Below are positions 10,031 through 19,262 of a stretch of DNA of 64,000 nt, piece after piece. The translations under genes and the position numbers were made by a program. How positions within the stretch are numbered: the stretch's first letter is position 1; each line of letters starts with the position of its first letter. Under the pieces are notes generated by a model that saw only the letters and a list, made by a program, of their open reading frames with translations, ran no database searches and was not told where the DNA came from. Source of the stretch: Candidatus Latescibacterota bacterium (lineage in GTDB: Bacteria; Latescibacterota; UBA2968; GCA-2709665). The stretch covers positions 3,744,001 to 3,808,000 of the forward strand of contig OZ250150.1 of assembly GCA_965237675.1 (NCBI GenBank). The letters are read 5' to 3'.

Positions 10031-10822
10031 CTATCGGCGGAGTGGATCACGAAAATCGCCCCAGCGTTTGAGCAGGAGCCTTTCCACGCCTTCCACAATC
10101 AGGAAGAGGAGCGTGCCCATCGCGCCCAGTACAATCAACGCGGCGAACATCAGATCCGTAGCCAGTTCGGAGTTGGCCAGCCGCGTGAGATGGCCCAGGC
10201 CGGCGCTGGCGCCCACGAATTCTCCCACGACCGCACCAATAACACTCAGGGTAACGCATATTTTAAGTGCGGCAAAAAGATAAGGAATAGCGTTGGGCAG
10301 GCGAACTTTAATCAGAATCTGGCGCCGACTCGCAGAAAGCGCGCGCATCAGGTCCAGGATGAGCGGGTCCACGGAAAGCAGGCCGCGTGTTGTGTTGATA
10401 ATGACAGGAAAAAAAGAAATGAGCGCGGCGATGATGACCTTGGGGAACAGTCCGAGGCCGAACCAGACGATAAAGAGAGGGGCCAATGCTTCTTTTGGAA
10501 AGGTTTGGGACGAGATGACGATGGGATAGAGCATCCGCTCGATTACGGAAGAGCGAGCCATGATAACGGCGCCGGCGACGCCCGTGGCGCCGCCGAGAAG
10601 AAAGCCCAAGAGCGCTTCCTGCAGAGTCACCCAGGCATGGGACAAAAGCGTGTAGCGTGCCGAGATCAGTTTACCGAGAATTCGTGAGGGCGCCGGCAAA
10701 ATATAGTCGGCAATTTCCCAGACGTACACCAACAGTTCCCATACGCCAAGCGTGAGGAGTACGAATACGAGGGAGAGGCCGTATTCCCGTATCGCAATTC
10801 GAAGGGCTCTGACCAGGATCAC
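10031..10822 (-). CDS. NitT/TauT-type ABC transporter permease
   Basis: ILPAPSRI, LAPLFIVWFGLG, EAA-like LMRALSASRRQILIKVRLP, GAVVGEFVG. Confidence 0.92.
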   Translation of the reverse strand: MILVRALRIAIREYGLSLVFVLLTLGVWELLVYVWEIADYILPAPSRILGKLISARYTLLSHAWVTLQEALLGFLLGGATGVAGAVIMARSSVIERMLYPIVISSQTFPKEALAPLFIVWFGLGLFPKVIIAALISFFPVIINTTRGLLSVDPLILDLMRALSASRRQILIKVRLPNAIPYLFAALKICVTLSVIGAVVGEFVGASAGLGHLTRLANSELATDLMFAALIVLGAMGTLLFLIVEGVERLLLKRWGDFRDPLRR

Positions 10823-11196
10823 GGTTCAAACAGAATAACTTGGGCCTGTATGAAACCGGCCTGGTTCTGATATTCCGGGTTTTCGTTCATTGCCATAAAA
10901 AGTGGCCCTTCGTAGGGTGAAAAAAAATCAAAATAGACCCCTGCGGCGAGGGGTGGATTCTCGGGACCGACCCTGCAGATCAGAGCGCCCACATTGGTGC
11001 CAGGCAGCAGATAGTCTTCTCCGGCCAAATTTCCTTCGATTCCGTTGGCGCTGCACCACACGATGGTGGCGGGACGCATTTCGGGCGACCAGATGCCCTC
11101 GGCGGAGATCACGATGCGCTGGTCTCTTTGCACTCGCAGGTACAATTCCTGCCAGATTGCATTTGGTCGAATGGTCTTGTTGATGGTCAGTGGCAT
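10819..11196 (-). CDS. LecA/PA-IL-like lectin-fold protein
   Basis: 125 aa with WQELYLRVQRDQRIVISAEGIWS, VGALICRVG and GPLFMAMNENPEYQNQAGFIQAQV. This parallels PA-IL motifs ([29 protein letters not shown]). Its stop overlaps the permease start (GTGA). Confidence 0.6.
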   Translation of the reverse strand: MPLTINKTIRPNAIWQELYLRVQRDQRIVISAEGIWSPEMRPATIVWCSANGIEGNLAGEDYLLPGTNVGALICRVGPENPPLAAGVYFDFFSPYEGPLFMAMNENPEYQNQAGFIQAQVILFEP

Positions 11197-11551
11197 GGGT
11201 TTGTACTCGATTCTGTGTGCGAAAAGGATTTCGCCTTGCCGCTACAAGATAGAGCCTCCCAGCGCCAATGTCAAGCGGGGAGGTCTTCATGCCCCACGTG
11301 TGGCGGCCGGCGTCTTTGGCTTTTGCCGAGGTGTATGGAGAACGTGCGGGACTTGGGCCGGAATCGACTGTTTACCGACAGGCGACTGAAATAGGAAGTG
11401 CTGCCCCGCGGTTGCAGGCTGCCGGGACCCGCACTCTGCCGTTCTGACTTCGCAGGGCCCTGAATGAAACAGGGTAGGCCGCACATGCCTGGACCCTCGC
11501 GGTCTCCTCGATGGCATTCCGGATAGGACGGAAACGACGAAAGGTTGCACG

Positions 11552-13315
11552 ATGGAATTTCATCTGACTCTGGATTTCAGGGACGACTTCACCGCCAGCG
11601 CGATTCCATGGACCGCCGAACGATTCCGGGAATACATACGCCTTGTGGCCGATCTGGGGATGACGGGTATTCACTGGATTGAGATGGGGGACAAGGAGAT
11701 GGGCAAATGGGATCGGGGTTCGTCTACCGATCTCAGGGGCAGAGCCCGCGAGTTCGTGGAGGCTGTTCCCGATCCCCTGGCGTTTCTGTGCGAGGAGGCG
11801 CATCGTGTCGGAATGAAAGTTTACGTTGTGCATAAGATAAACGATATGGCCAGTTTCGGCCCCGGACGGTTTTATCCTCTCGGAACAGCGCCCGACGTGA
11901 TGCCGGGCATTCCCCAGATCGGGGGATCGGGCCAGATGGCATTCCGATGGCTTCGCCGGCATCCGGACCGGCGCGTGGAGATTCACCCTTCGCTAATGGA
12001 AGCCGCGAGCACTCGGAAACCCGTGGGGACCATTCGTTTCTGGCACGAAACCGGTCGCCTCGAAAGGGTTCCGGGCATTGAGATATTTGTGAGTGAGACG
12101 AATGCACGTTACGTTCCCTACAAGGGTACCAGAGAAATCGACGTTTCCGTGCGAAGGCGAAAGCCACCTGTATATACGCCGGCGCCGGAAAGACGTTTCG
12201 GGCAGGAAGGGGATTTTGCCTGCATCGAAATCTCCGGCCTCGAGATATCGCAACCGTTTTTTTGTGTCCGCTTCGCAGATTCAGTCGGTCTTACCAACAC
12301 CCTCGCGGCACTCCTGGAAGTGGAGGACGTGCACGGAGAACCCGTCGTTTTGACGTGGGGATTCTGCCCCCGGTCGGATTATTCGAAATCTCTCGGTTCG
12401 TTTGAAGAAACCGGCATCGGGTTTGACGCCAACTGGCATGTTCCTTTCGAAGACCATCCCGGGGGTGCCGAATGGCAGTATTCGGCGGGAAGGTACCGGC
12501 TGAACGTGGATAAGGTTCCCTTTGTCGGAATTGCCCGCGGCAGAAACCGGTTTCTGTCCTCAGCGGTCGAACTCGGTTATCCTGACGTCAGACGCTGGTT
12601 GCTCGACATCGTTCAGTATGAACTGGACGCGGGCTGCGACGGGGTGGACATTCGGGTGGAATGTCATACACAGAATATGGATTTCGAAAATTACGGATTC
12701 GGGCAACCCATTGTCGAAGCGTTTCGGGATCGATACGGCGTGGATATAACCCGGGAATCATTCGACCGGGGCGCCTGGCGGGCATTGCGGGGAGAATATT
12801 TCGATCTGTTTCTGAAGGAAGCATCTGATCTGATTCGGTCACGTGGAAAAGAACGATGGATACACCTGACCGGATATCCCGGCATGGATCGGCAGCCCCG
12901 GCAGCAGAGCCTCTATCAGAAGTACTGGAACTGGCGGAAATGGTTGGCGGAAGGCTGGGTGGACGTTGTGAATTTCAAGCGATTCCAGGCGAGGGGTCTT
13001 TCACCCGGGCAGCGGGGGGAAATTGACCGTTTCTATCGAAAGGCGCTGAACCACTGCAGGGATCTTGACCTGCGAATGGCCTACACTCCCGATCCGAGAT
13101 ACGAGGGCATGAGCGAGGAGGAATTCGTGGACATGGAACTGCGGAATATCCATCGTATCGCGCGGGACGGATTCGAAATCTACAATTTCTATGAGGGTTG
13201 TACCTACATACGTCTGACTGAACACGGATTCAAAGTCGATGCCGGGAATTTATGGCGAAACGTCCGTGAATGGAGTGAGGCACACAACCACGCACCGGGT
13301 CGTGACGGCTCTTAA
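11552..13315 (+). CDS. Uncharacterised glycoside-hydrolase-like TIM-barrel protein (GHL10/DUF187-like) with an inserted domain
   Basis: DPLAFLCEEAHRVGMKVY, LGYPDVRRWLLD...DGVDIR, YGFGQPIVEAFRDRYGVD, WRKWLAEGWVD; no signal peptide. Confidence 0.55.
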   Translation: MEFHLTLDFRDDFTASAIPWTAERFREYIRLVADLGMTGIHWIEMGDKEMGKWDRGSSTDLRGRAREFVEAVPDPLAFLCEEAHRVGMKVYVVHKINDMASFGPGRFYPLGTAPDVMPGIPQIGGSGQMAFRWLRRHPDRRVEIHPSLMEAASTRKPVGTIRFWHETGRLERVPGIEIFVSETNARYVPYKGTREIDVSVRRRKPPVYTPAPERRFGQEGDFACIEISGLEISQPFFCVRFADSVGLTNTLAALLEVEDVHGEPVVLTWGFCPRSDYSKSLGSFEETGIGFDANWHVPFEDHPGGAEWQYSAGRYRLNVDKVPFVGIARGRNRFLSSAVELGYPDVRRWLLDIVQYELDAGCDGVDIRVECHTQNMDFENYGFGQPIVEAFRDRYGVDITRESFDRGAWRALRGEYFDLFLKEASDLIRSRGKERWIHLTGYPGMDRQPRQQSLYQKYWNWRKWLAEGWVDVVNFKRFQARGLSPGQRGEIDRFYRKALNHCRDLDLRMAYTPDPRYEGMSEEEFVDMELRNIHRIARDGFEIYNFYEGCTYIRLTEHGFKVDAGNLWRNVREWSEAHNHAPGRDGS

Positions 13316-13356
13316 CCACACAACCGCGGTCTCGGCTCAAAAGAGGGGATGCCTGA

Positions 13357-14907
13357 ATGATGCGGAATGAAGTTATCGAAGTGGGATCTGGAAAGCAGTT
13401 GTTCGTGGATTCGAAGTTCGTTGCGTCCAATGAGGGTGTCGCCTTTGTAATGAACCCGCCGTATCAGGCGTACGAACCGGTACTGATGCCGGATCAAACC
13501 TGGGAGCGGCGGCCTGGAGCGAGTTATGGAATTTATAGCAGCATTCTAAAGGACGCAGACGGAAGGATACGCGCCTGGTATCACGTTCGCATCGGCGACT
13601 ACCGTTCCGGTAAAGACGAGGCCCACGTGGCTTACGCCGAGTCCGCCGATGGCATCCATTTCACCAAGCCGGTCCTGGACCTGTTTGAGTCCAACGGAAC
13701 AACGCATAATAACGTTGTCATCCCTGGCGATATAGGAGGAAGTTCCGTGTGGATCGATCCTCACGCACCGCCCGAGGTTCGCTACAAGACCCAGGCGAAA
13801 GTCTATTCGCCGCCCGAGGTATGGGGGCATCTGCACATGCACGGGTCGCCCGACGGGATTCACTGGAAGCTGGTGCGTGACATCGAGCTCAGTCGCGGCG
13901 GGTGGGATACGCAAACTATCGTCTTCTGGGATCCGCCGGTCGGGCGTTACGTAATGTATACCCGACACTGGTTTGCGAAGCGGCACGGGACCGCCGGGGG
14001 AAATTTAAACTACCGGACGGTGCGCAGGCTGGAGTCCGACGACCTGCTTGAATGGGGCAATCAGCGAATTGTAATGCGGCCCGACGACGTGGATATGGAC
14101 ACCTATGAGACGCCCGTTCCCGTTCGACCGGAGGGACCGGAACGCCCTTACGGTCGGGTACCGGTCGACTACTACGGTGCTTCGGTCTTCAAATATCCTG
14201 ACCCTGAGGGTGTGTATGTCATGCTGGCCAACGCAAACTGGTATTGGTACGACCGCGAGCCGATTGTCACCGTCATGCGCGACGATATGGGCGTCGCGCG
14301 TGAAGAGACCCAGAATATCTATGGTCCCAGCCGCTTCGACGCCCGGCTGTCCGTAAGCCGGGACGGCATCAACTTTCAGCGATGCGGCGGGCGCAAGGCC
14401 TTCCTGACGCCCGGCAAGGAGGGGAGTTTCTCTTCCCGCATGGTATGGGCGACGCCGAGTCCCGTACCGATGGGGGACGAGTTGTGGATTTACTACAGCG
14501 GTACAAACAGGGATCACGACGGCCTTGTCGATCCGTCGGCTGGAAGGCATCTCAGCGGTATCGGCCGTGCCGTGATGCGGTTGGATGGATTCGTATCCGC
14601 GGACGCCGACTACGGAGGCGGCGAACTTGTCACACCGGCAATACGATTTGACGGGGCGCAACTGGAATTGAACCTGGATACCGGCGGGGGAGGCTCGGTG
14701 AAGGTGGAGTTGCAGGATCATCAGGGCCGGCCGTTAACCAATTATACCGAATCGGACGCCTCATTCTTGTGCGGCAACTCCGTACGGATGCCCGTGCGGT
14801 GGGGAGAGAAGACGGAGGTCGGCGAGTTGTCGGGGAGGCCGATCAGGATACGCTTTGTCATGCGCGACTGCAAGCTGTATGCGTTTCAATTCACGTCGCC
14901 CGGTTGA
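13357..14907 (+). CDS. Uncharacterised beta-propeller glycoside-hydrolase-like protein
   Basis: KQLFVD N-terminus; Asp-box-like YAESADGIHFTKP, GSPDGIHW, ESDDLLEW, VSRDGINF; GDELWIYYSG; MRLDGFVS; C-terminal beta-sandwich ending KLYAFQF. Confidence 0.65.
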   Translation: MMRNEVIEVGSGKQLFVDSKFVASNEGVAFVMNPPYQAYEPVLMPDQTWERRPGASYGIYSSILKDADGRIRAWYHVRIGDYRSGKDEAHVAYAESADGIHFTKPVLDLFESNGTTHNNVVIPGDIGGSSVWIDPHAPPEVRYKTQAKVYSPPEVWGHLHMHGSPDGIHWKLVRDIELSRGGWDTQTIVFWDPPVGRYVMYTRHWFAKRHGTAGGNLNYRTVRRLESDDLLEWGNQRIVMRPDDVDMDTYETPVPVRPEGPERPYGRVPVDYYGASVFKYPDPEGVYVMLANANWYWYDREPIVTVMRDDMGVAREETQNIYGPSRFDARLSVSRDGINFQRCGGRKAFLTPGKEGSFSSRMVWATPSPVPMGDELWIYYSGTNRDHDGLVDPSAGRHLSGIGRAVMRLDGFVSADADYGGGELVTPAIRFDGAQLELNLDTGGGGSVKVELQDHQGRPLTNYTESDASFLCGNSVRMPVRWGEKTEVGELSGRPIRIRFVMRDCKLYAFQFTSPG

Positions 14908-15210
14908 TTCCGTGAGCTCCGCTGAGGAACTCGCTGAAACAGGTCGGCCCCGACGACCTCGCCAGAGATGTCAGCGAGCGCATTTCCCTTGTGCGAGCCC
15001 GTTTGCGTGTTATCGGATTGGAGGATTAAATGGCAAATTATGAGGTCGTTGTCAAGACCCTCAAACCCATCCTTAAGGGTCCAACCATCCAAAGACCTGG
15101 GGCCAGCCTCTCCATCCTGGTGTCTTTTCCAACGCCCGCATGCAACAAGATCGAAAGGGACGCCGCGGGTCTCAGGCCTCTTGTTCCTTGCAATCGACTC
15201 GGTGAACGAT

Positions 15211-16033
15211 CTACCAGGCATGTTTTTCGAGAAGCGCCTTGCTCTTGAGTACACCCTCGTGATCGTCGGTTTTGCCCTCGTATTCGATACCGTAGGGGTT
15301 GTTGTAGCCTGCCTCCTTGAGGATGCCGAGGGCGGCGGCGCAGTCGATTTCCCGTGATTCTCCGTCCGGGTCGAAACTGAGGAACTTCGCGTGAATCGCC
15401 CAGGCGTACGGGGCGACCCTTCTGAGGTTTTCCAGCTTGTCGTCTTCGGCCGGCCAGTTGAGGAAATCGGCAAGTACGCGGCAGTGGTCGTTTCCGACCG
15501 CGTCCATGATCCGCAGGATGTTGGCCGCCGATACCGATACGCCCCCGTGATTCTCCATCAGCAGTCGGATGCCCGCCTGGGTGCAAAGTTCCGAGAGTTC
15601 GCCAAAGCTGTTGATACACTGTTCAATATGTGTTTCGTTGACGGGTTCACCCCGACCCGGGCCGGTGTTGGCGCGAAACGCGTTGCAACCCAGCGCCAGG
15701 CATGCACCGATCCATTTTCTGTGATTCTCCACGGCTTGTTTGCGTTCCTTTTCGTCTGGAGAAGAAAGGTCGCCGTGGCTGTCCACCGCGATGTTCAGCA
15801 ACCGTACGCCCGAATCCTCCGCGCGTCGACGCAGTTCGACAAGATACCCATCGGCCAGACGACTGGTCGCGGGGCTGTCCGGATCGGCGAAGACAAAGAA
15901 GGGGCTGTTGAGCTCCAACAGACGAATGTCGAATTCTTGCGACGGCAAGAGCGGGAAAGTCGAGGAGACGCAGGGGGTTCTCGGATTGTCTGAACCGACG
16001 ATGAACGCTCCAGCCAGCCAGTGAGATTTCCAT
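15211..16033 (-). pseudogene. Sugar phosphate isomerase/epimerase (xylose-isomerase-like TIM barrel), frameshifted near 15940
   Basis: GGAGG RBS plus ATG at 16033 gives MEISLAGWSVHR...LLDFPALAV. The protein continues in another frame as QEFDIRLLELNSPFF...LLMENHGG...LADFLNW...IHAKF...YGIEYEG. Confidence 0.8.
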
Positions 16034-16261
16034 GGGAGTTGCCTCCGTCGTTGGTTTGGGTTTGCACTTGCTTTTGCGGCGGTGTGGGAATATAATATTC
16101 CGCCCCATGCTTTGCGAGCGCTACCTGTTCTTCCGGTCGGCGGCAATGACCGGCGAATGGAAGCGCCAATTCAACGGGTCGCGCAAACCCAACGAAGGAC
16201 GTGTGCGACCGTACTTCCTCCCCAATGCGGATTTTCGCGTGCATTTTCGAAAGGACACCCC

Positions 16262-17830
16262 GTGAAAGGCATGGTTACCGCGCCGCAACCGTTGGCTGTA
16301 GATGCCGGCGTGAAGGTGTTGGCCGATGGCGGGAATGCCGTTGATGCGGTCGTAGCGGCAGCGTTTGTTCAGATGGTGACAACGCCGCGAAGCTGCGGAA
16401 TCGGTGGCTTCGGCATGATGTACATCCATACCCCTGAAACGGAGACGATCCTGGATTTCCACGGAAAGGCCGGTGGGCGGGTTCGACCCGATATGTGGGA
16501 ACGCGAAATCCTTCGAGAGAACACCACGGGATACGGATACACGCTCAGGGGGCAGGTCAACGAACTCGGCTATGGCGCGGTTACAACACCCGGTACGGTG
16601 GCCGGCCTTTACAGAGCCCATGGCAGATTCGGGACCATGTCGTGGCGAGAGATCCTTCAGCCGGGTATCGCGGTTGCAACGGACGGATACGAGGTGACCC
16701 GTACAGAGGCGGCGTCATGGAAACAGATCCCGACTCCCGAGACGACACCGTGGATAACGGTGGCGACGTCGCCCTACGAGGGCGGGGGTGAGTTGATTGC
16801 CAACCCGGATATGGCCAGGACGTTCTCAATTTTGGCCGAGGGTGGGGCCGAGGTTTTCTATCGCGGTGATCTGGCCAGGACAATCGCCGATGACATGGAA
16901 AAGGGCGACGGATTTGTGACCCTCGAAGATCTGGCGAGTTACGAGGTGACGGTTACCCGGCCGTTGTATGTGCAATATCGGGACTATACCGTTGCCTCCA
17001 ACCAGCCTCCAGGCGGAGGACTGACCATTTTACAGATGCTGAAAATTCTCGAGGGTTACAACCTCGCGGACATCGGATACCTGACCCCGGAATACGTGTA
17101 CACCGTTTCCATGGCGATGAAGGCCGCATGGGCAGACCGGGCAAACTGGATCGGGGATCCTGCGTTTGTGGACGTACCGATTGAAGATCTGTTGTGTGAA
17201 AAACGGGCGGTGGCGTGGCGGCGGCGCATCGACGCCCGTGAGAAAATCACCATTCCTCGATGGCACCCGCCGGAGCCGCCGTGCACCACGCATATAACCG
17301 TCGTGGACAGGTGGCGCAACGTGGTCGGCCTGACGCACTCACTGGGATCGGGTTCGGACGTGATCACCCGGGGATTGGGGTTTATGTACAATAACTGTAT
17401 GAATTGTTTCAACCCGGTGCCAGGTTACGTGAACTCCATCGAGCCGGGCAAGTCCAGAACAACCGGTATGGCGCCGACACTGGTGAAATTGGGGGACGAT
17501 CCTTTCTTCAGCGTGGGCGCGCCGGGGGGTACCCGGATTGTGACCGGGATTCTCCACGCCATTCTGAACGTGATCGACCACGGCATGACGGCGACCGAGG
17601 CGATCGCGGCCCCTCGATTTGATTGCCAGAGCGATGTGATTGTCGCCCACTCCAGAATTGCGCCCTCCGTATGTGAAGGCGTACAGGCGATGGGCCACGA
17701 AATCCAGTCTCTGCTGGGCGGCTACGGCGGGATTGCCTCGGTCCATGGCGTTATTCTCGATCCGTCCACGGGAGCCCTCGACGGCGGGGCCGATCCCGGT
17801 TCACCCGGAATGGCGATGGCGGCAATGTGA
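16262..17830 (+). CDS. ggt: Gamma-glutamyltransferase family Ntn hydrolase (cytoplasmic)
   Basis: GGNAVDAVVAAA, CGIGGFG, VTTPGTVAG, nucleophile TTHITVVD, GAPGGTRI; AAGGA RBS before GTG. Confidence 0.9.
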   Translation: MKGMVTAPQPLAVDAGVKVLADGGNAVDAVVAAAFVQMVTTPRSCGIGGFGMMYIHTPETETILDFHGKAGGRVRPDMWEREILRENTTGYGYTLRGQVNELGYGAVTTPGTVAGLYRAHGRFGTMSWREILQPGIAVATDGYEVTRTEAASWKQIPTPETTPWITVATSPYEGGGELIANPDMARTFSILAEGGAEVFYRGDLARTIADDMEKGDGFVTLEDLASYEVTVTRPLYVQYRDYTVASNQPPGGGLTILQMLKILEGYNLADIGYLTPEYVYTVSMAMKAAWADRANWIGDPAFVDVPIEDLLCEKRAVAWRRRIDAREKITIPRWHPPEPPCTTHITVVDRWRNVVGLTHSLGSGSDVITRGLGFMYNNCMNCFNPVPGYVNSIEPGKSRTTGMAPTLVKLGDDPFFSVGAPGGTRIVTGILHAILNVIDHGMTATEAIAAPRFDCQSDVIVAHSRIAPSVCEGVQAMGHEIQSLLGGYGGIASVHGVILDPSTGALDGGADPGSPGMAMAAM

Positions 17831-17973
17831 GAATTAAAAGTGGATCGCACCGGCCGTTGCCGGATTTTCCACCTTTGCCGCGGTGCCCGGGCAGGGGTCA
17901 TCATTCTTCCTCAGGGCGGGCGAGATGGTGGTTCATGGTCACATGAGTGGTGACAACAGAGAAAGGAAACCTA

Positions 17974-19173
17974 ATGTTTGAAACGCTCGAGATGGCACCC
18001 GCAGATCCGATTTTGGGATTGACCGCGGCATATAACGAAGATACCGATCCTAATCGAATCAATCTCGGCGTCGGTGAGTATAAAGACGGCGATGGCAACA
18101 CACCGGTTTTCAAGTCGGTGCAGAATGCGGAAACCCGGATCCTCACCCGGCAGACCACCAAGAACTACCTGCCGATTTCGGGTGGGCCGGAATATGCGGC
18201 CGCAGTACAGGCCCTTTTGTTTGGTCCAAATCATGAAATTGTTACAGGCAAACGAGCGGCAACCGTACATGCTCCGGGCGGGACTGGGGGATTGCGGGTT
18301 GCCGGTGATTTCGTACACAAGCTGTTTCCGAACGCCAGGATCTGGCTGAGTGATCCGACCTGGGCGAATCATCCCAATGTTTACAGACACGCAGGGGTCG
18401 CCTTGGAGACCTATCCGTATTTGGATAAGGATACAAACGGCCTGGATTTTCCCGCCATGCTCGATGCCCTTAGGGCGGTTCCAGAGGGAGATATCGTACT
18501 GTTGCACGGCTGTTGTCACAACCCGACGGGTATCGATCCGACGCCCGAACAATGGGCGCAGATCGCAGCCGCAGCCGGGGCGAGCGGCTGGATCCCGCTT
18601 GTCGACCTCGCTTACCAGGGGTTGGGTGAAGGGCTCGAGCCGGATAGACAGGGTTTAACGGCGCTGTGTCGTTCGGGTGCGGAATTGATGGTGTCGAGTT
18701 CGTATTCAAAGAATTTCGGTCTGTATAACGAGCGCGTCGGCGCGTTGACCCTCGTGGCATCGTCGCCTGAGGCGGCCAGGGCGTTGATGAGTCAGGTGAT
18801 GATTTGTATCCGTGCCAATTATTCGAACCCGCCGGCCCACGGCGCGGCCATCGTGACGGAGGTTCTGAACGATTCCCGGCTTCGCCGCCAATGGGAGGGT
18901 GAGGTAAAAGAGATGCGGAACCGCATCAACCGTATGCGCTCTTTGTTTGTGGATACCCTGGAACGGAAGGGTGTACGGCGCGATTTCTCCTTCATCGCCA
19001 GGCAGCGGGGCATGTTCTCGTTTTCGGGCTTGAACAAGGAACAGGTGGATGCCCTCCGAGAGAGATATTCAATCTATATGGTGGGTTCGGGTCGGATAAA
19101 CGTGGCCGGCATCACCGAGGTGAATGTCGACTATCTCTGCGATTCGATTGCCGCGGTGCTGCGGGCGTCGTAA
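17974..19173 (+). CDS. aspC: Aspartate/aromatic amino acid aminotransferase (subfamily I-alpha)
   Basis: ADPILGL, INLGVGEYKD, HGCCHNPTG, DLAYQG, PLP lysine in SYSKNFGLYNERVG, GRINVAG. Confidence 0.93.
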   Translation: MFETLEMAPADPILGLTAAYNEDTDPNRINLGVGEYKDGDGNTPVFKSVQNAETRILTRQTTKNYLPISGGPEYAAAVQALLFGPNHEIVTGKRAATVHAPGGTGGLRVAGDFVHKLFPNARIWLSDPTWANHPNVYRHAGVALETYPYLDKDTNGLDFPAMLDALRAVPEGDIVLLHGCCHNPTGIDPTPEQWAQIAAAAGASGWIPLVDLAYQGLGEGLEPDRQGLTALCRSGAELMVSSSYSKNFGLYNERVGALTLVASSPEAARALMSQVMICIRANYSNPPAHGAAIVTEVLNDSRLRRQWEGEVKEMRNRINRMRSLFVDTLERKGVRRDFSFIARQRGMFSFSGLNKEQVDALRERYSIYMVGSGRINVAGITEVNVDYLCDSIAAVLRAS

Positions 19174-19262
19174 CACCTCGGCATCGACGAATGTGGTGCG
19201 TGCGATCTTACCGCCGATCCGATCGAGGTGGGAGCAGCCGTGAAAGCGCGGGCGAGTAAACG

